A stretch of 64,000 nucleotides of DNA from Lama glama (Eukaryota). This document shows positions 1 to 14,011 of this stretch, piece after piece. Each line of letters starts with the position of its first letter. Within the stretch, counting starts at the first letter, position 1. Position numbers and translations under genes: made by a program. The notes under the pieces were generated by a model. The model ran no database searches, had not been told where the DNA came from, and saw only the letters and a program-made list of their open reading frames with translations. The stretch lies in NCBI GenBank assembly GCA_028534125.1, contig CM052816.1:51772001-51836000 (forward strand). Direction: 5' to 3'.

Positions 1-3000
1 TGATTCTTAATGGCTCCTTCCTCTACTAGAAGAATAGTTAATGATAATAGTATCTCTATGATGGTGAATTTCATCATTAGGTTGTTGGGTAAACATTAAC
101 CCATCTGAGTAGAGATAATAAATTACAAAAACATTTTATGCGTGTTAATTTATAAAAACATTTTATATGTGTTTTACCATCTCTTATTGAAGAAAATTTC
201 AAGATACACAATCTTTCAACCACATACAAAAGTAGAACAGCATCACGTAACCCCAGGGAACCAACACCTAAGTACGACAGTAAACAACTCACGGACACTA
301 CTGTGTTATCAGTTCCCCTCCATACTCCCACACACACCTGGATTATTCTAAAGAAAATCCCAGATATCATCTGTGAATGTTTCAGTATATATTTCTAAAA
401 GATAAAGGCTCTTTTAGAAAACATAATAACATAATCACAAAACCATTTACAAGAACTATCATGCCAATGATCTCAAAAAATGTTGTTTTAATTTAAACAA
501 CTGGTTTATTGAATCAGGATCCAGTATGACTGATATGACTTTAACATAAAATTTTCCCTTTCTTCTTTTCTCTTGCAATTTATTTTTCAAAGAAGCCTGG
601 TCATTTTTCATACAGAGTTTACCATGTTTTATATTTGCTCACTGTATCCCTATTTAACATGTTCTTCTGTCCTTTGTATTTCTTGTAAACTGATAGTTAC
701 ATCTAAAAATTGATCTGATGAAAGTTTGATTTTTGATAAAAACTAGTTCCTTTCAAGAGCATATAACACCTAATGATCATTATCTAGAACCATTATTTCA
801 TTAGATTCTGATAAAATGATAATATGCTAATTCTATCATTTCTTCATTTACTTTCTGAATATTTGTGTAGAAAGACTATTTATCTCACTAATTACTTGGC
901 TAATCTGAGGCAAAGTTTGGGGAAAAACAGACTTCTTTTCCTTTATTTAGTATCATTATGAGCCCATGGATTTTAACATATTTGATGCATTTCAATTTTG
1001 ATGTGATTATTCTTATGGATGCTCAAAATACCCCATCTTTGGACAGTGGGAGCTTCTTCAGTTTGGTTCCTAAGTCCTTTCGATATAACCCCAAAGTTAG
1101 AAGTCTTTAATAATTCCTCTGCTTTCTGCTGTGACAAGCTGGGCTCATCTGTTACATTTTCTCACACAAACTTAGAAATTTTTTTCAAAAGAAATGGTAA
1201 GTAGTAGAACGCATAATCTGGGCAGGGAAGGTGCTCATTGATACAGGATTGGTCATTATTTCTATGTCTTTTCAGTGGACGGAATTATGAATTGTTTTTT
1301 TAAAGCATTTATATTAATAACTGTTTAAACTAGGATTATATGGTTTTACTTAATTTCTTTGATTTTATGTTTGTACTCTTTTTTTCTTTCTGAATGTCTT
1401 AATCCTTAACGACATAAATATAACTTATACGAAAAAGGGAGAGAGAAGATCATCTGTTTCCAGTCTGGGATGGTTCTCAAGGTGGGGTATTTGCCACCAG
1501 TTTCAAACCCTAAGTATTCTTGTCCAGTGAGATGCCCAGTTCTTCTCTCACTGCTCACACTCTGCCTCATGCTATTACTGTAAATCTCTGCTAGAAACTT
1601 TACCAAACAGAGCTAGGAATTCTAGGAGGAACAAATTTAAGGAAAAAAGAAAACTGGTTTCGGTTTGCACATGCTTAGTGTGGGGATTAAGTTAAATTAG
1701 GTAATGCGTGTGGAAGCAGCTAACACTCAGCCTGGTAGAGCCTCCATAACTATGAATTGAACCTGCTGAGAGAAGCCTGAAAATGTGGCCCCGAGTTTCA
1801 AGAATGAGGTTCAGGCTGAAGATGTAGATTTGAGAATCATCTCTATAAAGATGACAGGATCATGGAAGAGAATGAAGTCTTTCAGGAAGAAGGTGAAATG
1901 AGAAGAGACTAGAACAAAGAACTTAAATTTGGGGGCTCTTGCCATTTAAGGGATGAACTAAGGAAGGGAAATCAGTGAAGGAAACCGAGAATGAAGAGAG
2001 AATAGTGTTTTGGAAATCAAGGGAAGAGAAAGTTTCCTGAGGGAAAAGGCTGACTGATGCTGTTAAATGAGAAAAGACCTTGAACTTAGCTGCTCGGAAG
2101 TGACTCTGGAGAGATCACAAGTAAGACATGGAGGCAACAGCTAGATTTGAGTGGCTAAAAAATGAATGGGAGGCGAAACCCCCAGACTTCTACATTGGAC
2201 AAAAATCCTAATCTTTGAAGATACATCTCAAATGTTACCTCTTCTATGACTCCTTCCCTGACTTTCCAAACGAGTCATTTCTGGGTGCCTTTGCAATACT
2301 CGATCCTTTCTTCTTTTCAAAAAATTTCATAGCATTGCACTTCGTCTGTCTACATTCTGGTGTCAAAAGTGAAGACCTGTCTCCTTGATGTCAGCAACCT
2401 TGTCTTATTAGTCACTGTATCCTGAGGTCTTAGCTTAATGCCAGGACTAGTTGTAACTCAGTAAACATTCGTTAAATGTGTGAGTTTGAAAAAGAAAAGA
2501 TTATTTTAGGAAGTTTGAATTTAGAGGAATATGTAGAGGAGGGGAAAAAATCTTGAGAAAGAATAAACTTGAAAGATTTTTAGAAAGGAAAAGCCTTCAA
2601 CATTTTCATAGCTTGATCAGGAGTCAGGGAAGGGGCAGCAATTGAGGGTACAAAAGAGCTGTCTAAGCTAGGCCATGGTAGAGGAGAGATAACAGGGGGT
2701 GGGACCAAGGGCACAGGTAAAGAGAGAGATCTGGAAGACATCTATCTTTCTTCCTCTGAAACAGATGAGGGAAGAGAAGTACAGTGAGAATACAGTTCAA
2801 CTCTGAAAGTAAGGCAGAAAAACTGAGGAAGCTCATATTGGGTAAACCCTTATCTTCCGCTAAAGTGAAGGGAAGGAATTAGAGGTGACTGAGGGGCCTG
2901 AACCCAAAGGCTTTGTAACAACTTCAGGTTACGTGACCAGAGTTCCAGCAATAATGAAGAGTGAATGGATCATCTAGCAGCATTGAGGGCTCATGTAGCT

Positions 3001-3399
3001 TAATGAAGCTGATCAATTTGTTTCCTTGCTTGCTTGCATGTTTATTTATTTGTTAACAAACATTTTAAAAATATCAATTGTATAGGTTTGCCTGTATGTT
3101 TAACTTCTTTGAAGGAAACAGCTGTGATACAAAGTATCTGCTGCAGATTTGGAAGTCATTCCAAAGTCCCTCTTCCATTTAAAACAGAGGTAGTCAGCAA
3201 CATATGTGTGGTTTACAATGATCGGTTATCTGTTTTATAGCTCTGTCTTGTTCTGTTATCATTAACCTGTTTTTCATGCATGAACATTATTGGCATGATA
3301 AGGTAGAACTACTCTGAGGCACGTGTGTTTAAGTGAATCTTCACATCTGAAATGAGATGTGCTGGGATTACCGAACTGTTTGTTTGTTTTTTTCACTAG

Positions 3400-3460
3400 A
3401 GTTGGACAAGTAATAACCATCAAAGCGAAAGTTACTAGAGCGTTCAGCACAAGCATGGAG
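3400..3460 (+). CDS. ACOT12: Acyl-CoA thioesterase 12, exon 3 (numbered by human homology)
   Basis: tag| acceptor and |gtaaga donor; encodes VGQVITIKAKVTRAFSTSME (hotdog domain 1); 61 nt. Confidence 0.95.
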
Positions 3461-4045
3461 GTAAGAGGCTCCCTTTTCTTACTTCTGCCTGTTGGTGATC
3501 ATCTTTTCATTGTTTACAGAAGGCAGACGAGGAGGCCTGGAAGAACTTGGAGATCATGAGATTCTGAATTTCAGAAGGCCCCTGAATCTGTAGTCAGGTT
3601 CACAAGTGAAGAATAAGGAACCTGTGTTTCCCAGTCAACCCTGCTACTAAAACTAAATGTGATGCACTATCTTCACATAGAAGTGTGCACAGAAAGTAAA
3701 CGTACAAAGGAAAAGGGCACTCTTTTGGTTCTTTGCTAGGTATGGGTTTTATTTCTTAATTACTCTGACTCTATTATTATTCTCCATCTCCTCACCCTTA
3801 ATGAAGACTAGCCTCATAATTAACTAGTTTTTAAAAGGCAGAGGAGAAGTTTAGATTTTTCTTCTTCCTCTACCTGATTTTCTTTTCTTTACCATAGTTA
3901 TGAGTACAACATTCTCAGGGGCTTCTGAAGTCTCCATCCAGGTTAAATTAGCAGCAGAGGAGTTACTGGGTCCCCTGTTGCAACTTCTAGGTTGGTCAGT
4001 AGCAGTCCCTTTGATCTCTGGGCAAAAATGACAGGTAGGGACTTC

Positions 4046-4465
4046 TGTTTGTTTTTTAGGGCTACTATTACAAAGTTTCACAGATTAGGTGCATTAAACA
4101 ACAGAAGTTTATGGTCTCACTGTTCTGGAGGCTAGCAGTCCTAAATCAAGGTGTCAGTAGGGTTGGTTCCTTCCAAGGACTGTGGGAGAGAATCTGCCCA
4201 CATCTTCCTTCCTAACCTCTGGTGGTTTGCTGGCAATCATGGCTTCTGCCGCATCACCCCAATCTCAGGCTTCACCTGCACATGGTATTCTGTGTGTGTG
4301 TGTGTGTCTCCAAATTTCCCCTTTTTGTAAGGACATGAGTCATTCTGGATTAGGGGCCCATCCTACTCCAATACGACTTCATCTTAACTAACTACACCCT
4401 ATTTTCAAATAAGGTCACATTCTGAGGTGCCAGATTTGGTGAGGAACACAAATCAACCCATAACA
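4046..4465 (-). mobile_element. MaLR solo LTR (MLT1-like)
   Basis: Typical blocks TTAAACAACAGAAGTTTATGGTCTCACTGTTCTGGAGGCTAG and AAATAAGGTCACATTCTGAGGT; ends CCCATAACA; colinear with 24878-25340. Confidence 0.8.
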
Positions 4466-6695
4466 GAACTATTTTGGCAGTAACTACACTTATGGTGATG
4501 GCTTTACCCTAATTTAGTCACTTTCCTCCAGTATGTATATAACAGAATACAAAATCCTTGAAGAAATCAGAAAGGCAATAAAAACCTGTGGATAAAACGA
4601 GCTCTGTCAGTGTCAGTTGTGATGGTGCCTTTGGATCCTGATTTCTCAACACTGGGGCTCTTGACCTTTGCCACACAATAGCCTCTGGGCTTGGCCTCTC
4701 TCCGGAGAGATAGAACTCTCCTTTATATTTAGCCCATGCATAGATAAAAGTTCCCTTTCTTTTCTCCTTTTCCTCTTATACCCTGAGACCAGCTAGAATT
4801 TCCAAATGAAGTTTGACCGAAACTAAAAAAAGAAAAGAACTCAGGGAGCTTGCAAGCACAGACTTCTGACCTAAGAAAAGTAAATGCTAACCCCATTTAG
4901 GGCTAATTTAGTCCCTCTTCCAAGATGTGGTCTTCTGAGGTCTCAATGAATGTGTTGTGTATTCAGTGGGGTCTGGCTGGAGGGAACACCAAAGACTCCT
5001 AGCTCTCATGAGCTCTTGGAACTGTTTACATTATAGTAATTGTTTCTTCCTCAGAAGTTGTTCTTGTCTGGCCTTTTGAGATTTTATCCCCTACATGTGC
5101 TCAAATTGGTATCAAACCCAACACCCAATGGGAACAATATGCATATATCCGGAAGTCTTTCCTTTTGTAGCTCCCTCCTCTCTGGGATAATCTCAGCCAC
5201 TTTGATCTCCTTGATTTCTGGCTCCTCAATTCAGTAAGAGTCAGTTTCCCTTCCTTGGTCATAGTCTAGGAATTACCTTCAAGTTGAGAGCCCAGGAAAT
5301 GCAAGTGCTCCCCTCATTTATCTCCCTTTCCTCGGAGATCACAGGTCTGTGTTGCCTGCTGTACTGTGTGTGAAAATAGTTCCTTCCTATACTTGGACCA
5401 GTTTTCTTGTTGTTTGCACAGGATGGAATTCCAATCTGACCCATTCTGTCATGACACAAAGTGAAATTTCCCCTGCTATGTTTTTGAGATGTTTGGTCAT
5501 CAAACATAACGAAGTTAACTGTTCTGATAGAAGACAATGTTCGGAACTTGTTTTAACTCTCCAGAATTGCTGCTTTGTTTTTTTACTGTTAGTTGTCTTA
5601 TTTTATTTTTCATTTGCCTATTTCTGAAAGTGGAAAGCTATGTAGGGTTGAGAGTTGTTGGGGGTTGAGAATGGATAGTTTAAATTTGGTTAATCACTAC
5701 CTAGTTAACTTATGTTTACCATGCAAATACTAGTTTACTTTTTTAAGTTAAGTGAGTCGTGGAATGTTGATTATTTTTGTACATGATGTACTCGGTGAAG
5801 ATGTAGAAATAGATACTCTTTATCATTGGTAACACAGTGCTGAACTAAGATGCCCAAGGTTGCCCACTGTTTCAAGAAGGTAATATTATTTATCTAGGGA
5901 ATGTTCCTGATCTTACCTACACTTTTACAGAATTGTGATCACAAGGACCAGAGTGAGCTTCAGAGCTCTTCACATGGGGAAATTTAGTCCACCACCGCAT
6001 CACCATAAAGTGTCACAGCCACCTTCTTGCTATTCCTGAAAAATAAAACTCCTGTAAGAGGAAACAAAGCTGCAAATAACATGAATGCAAATAACACACT
6101 GTCCAGGTCAATATAGTTATAAAACTCAGACTAAAGATTAAAAAAAGTTACAGTACATCTCTCTGATGGGCAATAAGCATTCATTAATATCTTGTTTTCA
6201 AACACATATTTAGTAATAACGGGGTTAGAAAGTGCATATCACATAATGCCAAAATTTTTTAAGTTATATAACTGTAAATACAGTATGATAATCTTTTGTG
6301 TGTGAATGTATATACAAATATACATATATATACATTTCATATTTATATATACAACTGGAAGAAAATTTCTAAAAGGTTAGTAATTATTAATCTAGGTGAT
6401 AAGATTACTGATAATATTTACTCTGGATAGTCAACTTTCATTTTTATAATTTATCTATTTTTATATTTACCAAATTTTCCATGGTAAATATATATTTTTC
6501 TTTAATTAGAAAAAGATTTTTCCTATTTTACAGAGAATCATTGAAAAGACAGTATTACTTAAAAGTAAATTAAAATGCTGGTTTCATCAAAAAATAAAAC
6601 AATGATGAAGTATGTAAATGAATTCTGAATGTTACAATCACATCTGTTGTCTGGATGGCTGGAAATTTATGAATTTATTTTTCTTTCCATTTTAG

Positions 6696-6851
<156 letters not shown>

Positions 6852-8202
6852 TAAGTATCAGCATCAGAATTATTATGGAATAAATTTCCTTTTACCATGA
6901 GGTATGCTTTCCCAAGATTTGTTATTCACCAATATTTATCTTCGTTTTCACCAGTATTTATGTGGTAATATCACAGTATCAACTACCTTAAAGAAAATGA
7001 AAGATGTTGCCAGTTTGTGAAAGAGAGAAAACCACTGTGTTTTAAATGATCTGAAAGTCATATTAGTTTCTCATAAATATTGCTTAGGGATTTAGTTCTT
7101 TTCTTTTGTGGTTATATAACTCAAAATTTAGTTAAAAAAATTTTTTTCAAAGCAAGAGCAATTTAGCTAGCAGTTGCTTGTTATGGTCCAATCATTTTTT
7201 TCATACCTAAAGGAAGAATATCAAAGTTGCCGAGTTACTGAAGTCTAAAAATAAGCTTCATGGCATATGGGGTAAAAACACCCGAAAAAGAAATACATTG
7301 GCCTGATGTGGGTGCCCAGTGGGCTTGCCTGGCCATTGGCCCACAGCAGCTCATCCCTAGTCTGCTGGGAATTTACTCATGATTTCTTGGCTTTTCTTTT
7401 TAGGGTCAGGGTGCCTAGAGGAGGGTCCCCATTTAGTCTAAGTATTTTTAAATGTAATAATTCAATTTAGAACTTAAATATTTCATTCCAAGGATCGCTC
7501 CATAGTGAACACAGTGGCTTCTCCAAGCCCCACTCTGAAGTAACAAGTACTTCTCACTACGAAAAGTGTTCTTCCTCAGAAGTGCCTACAACATCAGAGC
7601 CAGGACAAAGCAATGTTTTCTCTGTGCCCAACAGAGGTGACAACAGGGCCACACTCACCAGCTAGCTACTGCTCATTTGGGCCAGGAGGCACAGAATGGG
7701 CGGGGGCTGAGTTGGCCTACCACGGTGCAGAGTTTTGTACACTGGGACACTTTTCCCACTTTCTGCCCAATATTAAACAGGCCACAAGGCAAATTCTCAT
7801 TGCCCAAAAGGCATTGTTTTTCAAAATTATATTACAAAATGCAGCTTTCTGGGCTGTATCTCAGACCTACTGAATTAGTCACTCTTATAGGAGCTTGGAA
7901 TCTGTACTCTGAAAAAGTATCCCAGGGATTCTGCGTTCACTAAAATCTTTGAGACATTGAGACAGGTCTTACCAACTTCTCTTTTTCCTGGAATCCCCCC
8001 TAAATCTCCAAACTTTTGAGAATGGGAGAATATGGGGAAGGGTGCAGAGTTCTGAGATCAGAGAGCAAGTGACAGAAAGGAGTCTACCTACCCAAGCTAT
8101 TCCTTCACATGGGGGAGAAAATGAGGGCCATCATTTTTCCCCTCCAGCTTCAGGCTTCTTGCTCCAGCTTCAGGGAGTCACGAAATAAGAATATAATAGT
8201 CA

Positions 8203-8322
8203 AGGGGGAAGGGTTTATCTCAGTGGTAGAGTGCACGCTTGGCACACATGAGGTCCTGGGGTTGATCCCCAGTACCTCCACTAAAACAAATAAATAAACC
8301 TAATTACCAACCCCCCCCCAAA
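8203..8322 (+). mobile_element. tRNA-derived SINE (Vic-1-like, camelid type)
   Basis: Pol III A/B-box-like head (TCTCAGTGGTAGAG...GGTTGATCCCC), A-rich/C-rich tail, 13-bp TSD AATATAATAGTCA. Confidence 0.85.
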
Positions 8323-9517
8323 AATATAATAGTCATACAGTGGTCCAGTCTCTGCTGAGTCTAAAGAACTGTTTCCAAAAGCGTTTCTGGGAAGTCAGGT
8401 GCCTTAAGAGCTGCCATAATTGGTACAAGCTCAGATAATCTTTATTGTAAAGCACCTTTCCCAGACTAACATATTTTCCAGTTAGTAACATTCTTGTTCA
8501 GTAGTACATCATGAGGAGAGCCATGAAAAAAATCAGTGGTTTAGTTTGAACCAACAGGCCTACCTGGATCTCTATCCAAAGTGAGTTTATTCCAGGATGA
8601 GATGAGCAATGATTAACTAGGCCTAGTTCAAAAATGGCATAGGCCAGATTACTGAAGGCCTCACAAGACTCCATAGGGTATGTTCATGCGAGGCCTTACT
8701 GAAGCTAAAGGAGCTGGCACAGCAGGAGAAAGAAAGCACAGCAAACATCAGAGAGGTCCAAGACTTCCAGCCACAGGGTCCTCTTATGGTCCTCTTCAGG
8801 CACACAAAGTGTACTTCATCTGCAGATAAGAGCGCCAAGGCATTAGTTTACCAGGTCTTTTACACCCCTCTGGTCACACAACTGAAATAAGGCTGTGTGA
8901 CTAGTTAAACCAGTGCAAGTTACTGGTTTATACATTCCTAAACAGATTACACAAGGTGTTCCATGGGTGTCTACCTTTAAGCATACATGAGAAATCATTA
9001 GCTATTTCATCCTTATCTTGGTCAAGGGTCAGCAGCAGCCTTTACGCGTCGTGTAAATAAGCACAGAGCTATCCCTGTCCAGCTGCAAGGTGACTCACAC
9101 ACACAGGTCAGCACTCAGGCATTTCTGGAGGAACCTCAGCCCTTGGTTCTGTTGCATCATTCTTCCAGGTTTTTGGAGGTCAGTTAGAGCCTTATTCTGA
9201 CATATTGATTCTTTCAGTTTGCTTATTAATGTTTCCGAATCATATGATGAAATTTCGAAGTTGGAAATATCTCTAGGTACATGATAGCTTTCTGTAGAAC
9301 ATCTTTACTCTCTCCTTTTGATATCTTAATTTTGCAAAAGATAGATAACACTTTAGTGGAGTCAAAGTCCCTTTCCTCATTCATTAATTTGAAGAATTTC
9401 TTATTTTACAGTTTTGTTGACAATTTTTTAAATCAGAGAAAATATTTGGAAAACTTTTTAAGGCATGTAACTTACTGTTTGAACAAATAATTATGCTTAC
9501 ATTGATTTCTTTTTTAG

Positions 9518-9835
<318 letters not shown>

Positions 9836-10749
9836 TGAATCTACTTACAGGAACTTTAATTATATGACTATGGCCTAGCACGTGATCTATCCTAAGAATG
9901 TTCCATGTGCACTTGAAAAGCATGTATATTCTGCTGCTGTGTTGATCCTTTCCAGTAATGAGAAAGAAAACCAGAGACGGAATAACCTCAACTCAGGTCA
10001 AAGTTCCTGACCTGAAAGTGTGGGACGAATGTAAAACTGTCCAAGCAGAATGATGACACAATACTTAATGAGCATCCAAAGTACAAATATTGAAATTGAC
10101 TGCCAGATGAGTATGTCCTATTTGGAAGCCTGAAGAAAGGATGAGGTTTGTTTACTGTACTTAACATGGGTTCACAGCCAGAGCTGTGAGCCTGAATTGG
10201 TCTGTAAACCTGGGAAAGCCCTATTTCCCCCATTGACTGGCAATTACCTGTAAACAGGCATGCTTCTGGACTGATGTCCTCTATACTCAATGTATCTCTG
10301 CATACATGCCACAGCTGATGCTTATGTACACATGACCTGCCTGGTACCCACCTCTGCCTGTGCCAGTGTATGCCATGTATGTCTTCATAGGAATCAAGCA
10401 GCTTTTTCTTTAGTTATCCATCAAAAAAGGAGAAGTTGTCTTATACTGGAGTCTTACAATGTCTGTCACATTATAAGGCCCTCTTAATTTCTTATTTTAT
10501 ATTGGTAACACAATATTCAGACAACGGTGCACCTTTTTTTTCATTTAACAATATGTTTTAGAGATAGTTCATATTAATTTATTTTGAAAAAAGTACCATT
10601 TGAATAAGAGAAATTAACCTAAAAAATACTAGTTTGGGATGTTTATAGAACATTATCTAACAAAATCAGTACTTAAAAAAAGACAGAGCAAAGTTGGAAG
10701 AGATTTAAGATTTCATATGCTTTTTAAGGATCACTTTAGGAAGCAGTCC

Positions 10750-12090
10750 AATTCTGATTACAGCAATATGGTGGACTTGGAGTCTGGAAAAATCTATAAT
10801 TTCTGGATAAAATATTTACAAACATCTCTACAAACACATCTCAGCAGGCAGAAAAATAAGATAAAGTTTTAAAGTCCACAAATGATTAGAAACACAAATG
10901 CAGCACTGTAAGGAGACATTAAGAGCTGGCATTTGCTCAGGAGGATCCTGTAGTGCTAGAAAACCTGGAGTTTGTTGTTTTAATGGGCCTGCCAGGGCTC
11001 AGGAGACAAAGCCAGGTAGAAGGCTGAATCAAGGAACCACACCTGGAGCTCAACTCCCCCAAAATGGGTCAAGTAGAAAAATCCCACTCCTCAGAGAACA
11101 CCTGGTAGAGATGCTTTCCACTTAGCCCTAGGTAGGATGGAAAAAAACTGTTTCTCTTCGAGGATTCAATCATAAGTGTGTTCTCATGCAGATTTGGTGT
11201 CAGAATTTACATAACTTGTTTGGTCTGAAACAGACTAAGTGAAATTTAATGTGAAATGGTATTGTGTTACGTACTCACAGGTGATCTGCAACCACAAATG
11301 CAAATCCTTTGTGGGGAGAAGTGACTTTAAGCCCAGCCCTCAAGATTTCCCACAAATAAAGATCCAAGGAATGTGAGCTCCTTGTCAAAAATCACAAAAA
11401 CCCAGACAAAGCACTAGACAACAGAATAAGGTCCACAAAGAATACAGATATTGAATTTATCATATAAAGAATCTTAAATAAGAATATTAATATAGTTTAA
11501 GAAATAAAAGAGTATAAAAAGTATTATGCAGAAAAAGAAAATGACCTAAAATATTTGACAAGCAAAAAGAATTTCTATGCAGGAAGAATATATAATAATT
11601 GTTTTTATTATTTTATTATTTATTATTTAATTATTTTAATTATTACATTCTGTAAAATTCAATGAGTAAATTAAACAGCAGATACGGCAGTAAACTGGAA
11701 AAATAGATCTAAAGGAGTTACCTAGAATTTAAATGGGTAGACAAAGAAATGGGAAATATATAAGAGAGATTAGGAGACACAGAAAATGGAGTCTAACAAG
11801 CATCTAATCCAAGTTCCAGAAAGAAAAGAGAAAAATAATGGAGAGAAGTAACAATTGAAGCAAACAACGCAGACATTAAGAGGTAACAGGAAAGTTTAAC
11901 ATACATATAAAAAGGTGTTGGACATCATTATTAATCAGAGAAGTGCAAATTACAACCAACAGGAGATACTATTTCACACTCACAAAATTGGAAAAAACTG
12001 AAGAGTCCATAATACTTTTTAAGTGAAAATGGGGAACAGTGGGAACTCTAATAAACAGGAGACAGAAGTATAAATCGGTACAATCATTTT
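10750..12090 (+). mobile_element. Old, degraded L1 fragments (5'/ORF1-like and ORF2 3'-like)
   Basis: A-rich; L1-like blocks AACAAGCATCTAATCCAAGTTCCAGAAAGAAAAG and CAGAGAAGTGCAAATTACAACCAACAGGAGATACTATTTCACACTCAC; boundaries approximate. Confidence 0.6.
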
Positions 12091-12162
12091 GTCACTTAAA
12101 ACTATTCTGTTAATAGAAAGGACTTGAATGCAGAATAAATCAGTAAAGATAAGTTAATTTAT

Positions 12163-12760
12163 CCATTCATTCATTCAATAAATGTTTACTCAGCCCCCAC
12201 ATTCTGGAATTATATTAGAATAATAAAAAAAAAATCAGTCCTTGCCCAGAGGAGCTTAGGATCTAGTGGGTCAGATAATCAAAGATCACACAGATAAACA
12301 TAAACCTATAACCATGAAAGAAAAGTGCACGTGATAGCTCATAACTGTGGGGTTAGCTGTGGAGGTCAAGGAAGGCTTTCCTAGGAAGTGGTGACTGAGA
12401 TGGGCCAGGAAAGAATAGGAGGTAAGTGGAAGAAGGTGGTGGTGGTGGCCAGTGGAAATGCTACTGACAGAGGGAGCACCATGTGCAAATGCCCTGATGC
12501 TGAAGACAACATTTAGTTACAGGAATTGAAAAAAAGGCATTACGGCTGGAACAAAGGGAGAGAGAGATAGAAAGAAAATATGATGGAGGAGGAAGGGGTA
12601 CGAGTAGCAATCAGACTAGGTGGGGCTAGAGAGGTTGGCATAGGCCGCACAAGGAAGACCCATCTAGTCTTAGGATCATGGGAATGATTTGGGTTTTTCT
12701 AATAGGACAAGGGGAAGTTACTGACATGCTTTCAAGCAGGGGACTGAAATGATCAGTGGA
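12163..12760 (-). mobile_element. L2 3' fragment
   Basis: CATTCATTCATTCAATAAATGTTTACT terminus followed by typical purine-rich L2 antisense sequence. Confidence 0.7.
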
Positions 12761-13753
12761 TTGAAGAGGAGAAAAAGAAAAGAAAAAGACTATCAATTAA
12801 TTAAAAATAGAAAAATAACATTAGGAAATTAGAGTTAAAACTCTCTGTAACCACACTTCTCTGCTCACTTTTCTGTGACTGTGCCAAGAATGGCTCCATT
12901 CCCAGTTACCAACAGCAGCTGGGCATATCTGGGCTCTTACAATGCAAGCTCAGCTTTGCCTCTGACAGTACAACCAGGATGGTACCCCTGATTTGTAATT
13001 CCTTCCCCCACCTCCTCAACAGTAGCACGTGAGATTTAAGCCTAGCTGGTGATTCACTTGATGACTGAGGAAGTATAACTGAATACATTTTACTGCTTTG
13101 CAGCCAGAGTAAATGATTTCTCCATTGTTGGGAGTAAAAACCAATTTGTCAGTAAATGAAGTAGATATGATTCAAAAGAAGCAGAAAGACACTAAGAAGT
13201 ACAATGTATTGTCTTTTCTGTTCGTGACTACATTCATTATGAAACAATGACCACGGAGGCCTCATTTCCATTCTGAAGTTTCTACTACAGCAAGCTATTT
13301 CAGATTCCCAGTGTCTGTGGCCCTTTATAGCTCAAATCCCTTTCTTTTTAATAACTTTACTGACATATCATAAATGGTCCATATTTATAGTGTACAATTT
13401 GATAAGTTTTAAGACATGTATACACCCATGAAACCATCACCACAATCAAGATAAAGACATATCTATCAATTCCCAAATTTCTTTTTGCCCCTCCCTTCCC
13501 TGACCTGCCCCTCCTCCACCTGAAGCTACCCAAATTTAAATTTAATCATTCTTTTAATCGAACTTCTGCTTGACACGTAGGACAGGTTGGAATACAATCT
13601 CTAAAAGGCCCTTTCTGATCTGTTCTCTTATCCAGTTCACTGTAAACATTCACGATTCAGATGAAAGTCACTCTGTAGAATAAAACTTATTTATTCCCTC
13701 AAGAATTTTAATTCTTTTGTAATTCTCATTTTTCTAAAAATCTCGTGAGCTGA

Positions 13754-14011
<258 letters not shown>

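Noticed and set aside
8203..8322. Possible functional tRNA gene
   Set aside because: No complete cloverleaf; TSD, A-rich tail and dispersed sister copies indicate a SINE
8590..9190. Possible old LTR in ACOT12 intron 4
   Set aside because: Composition is suggestive, but I could not define termini, a TSD or a family
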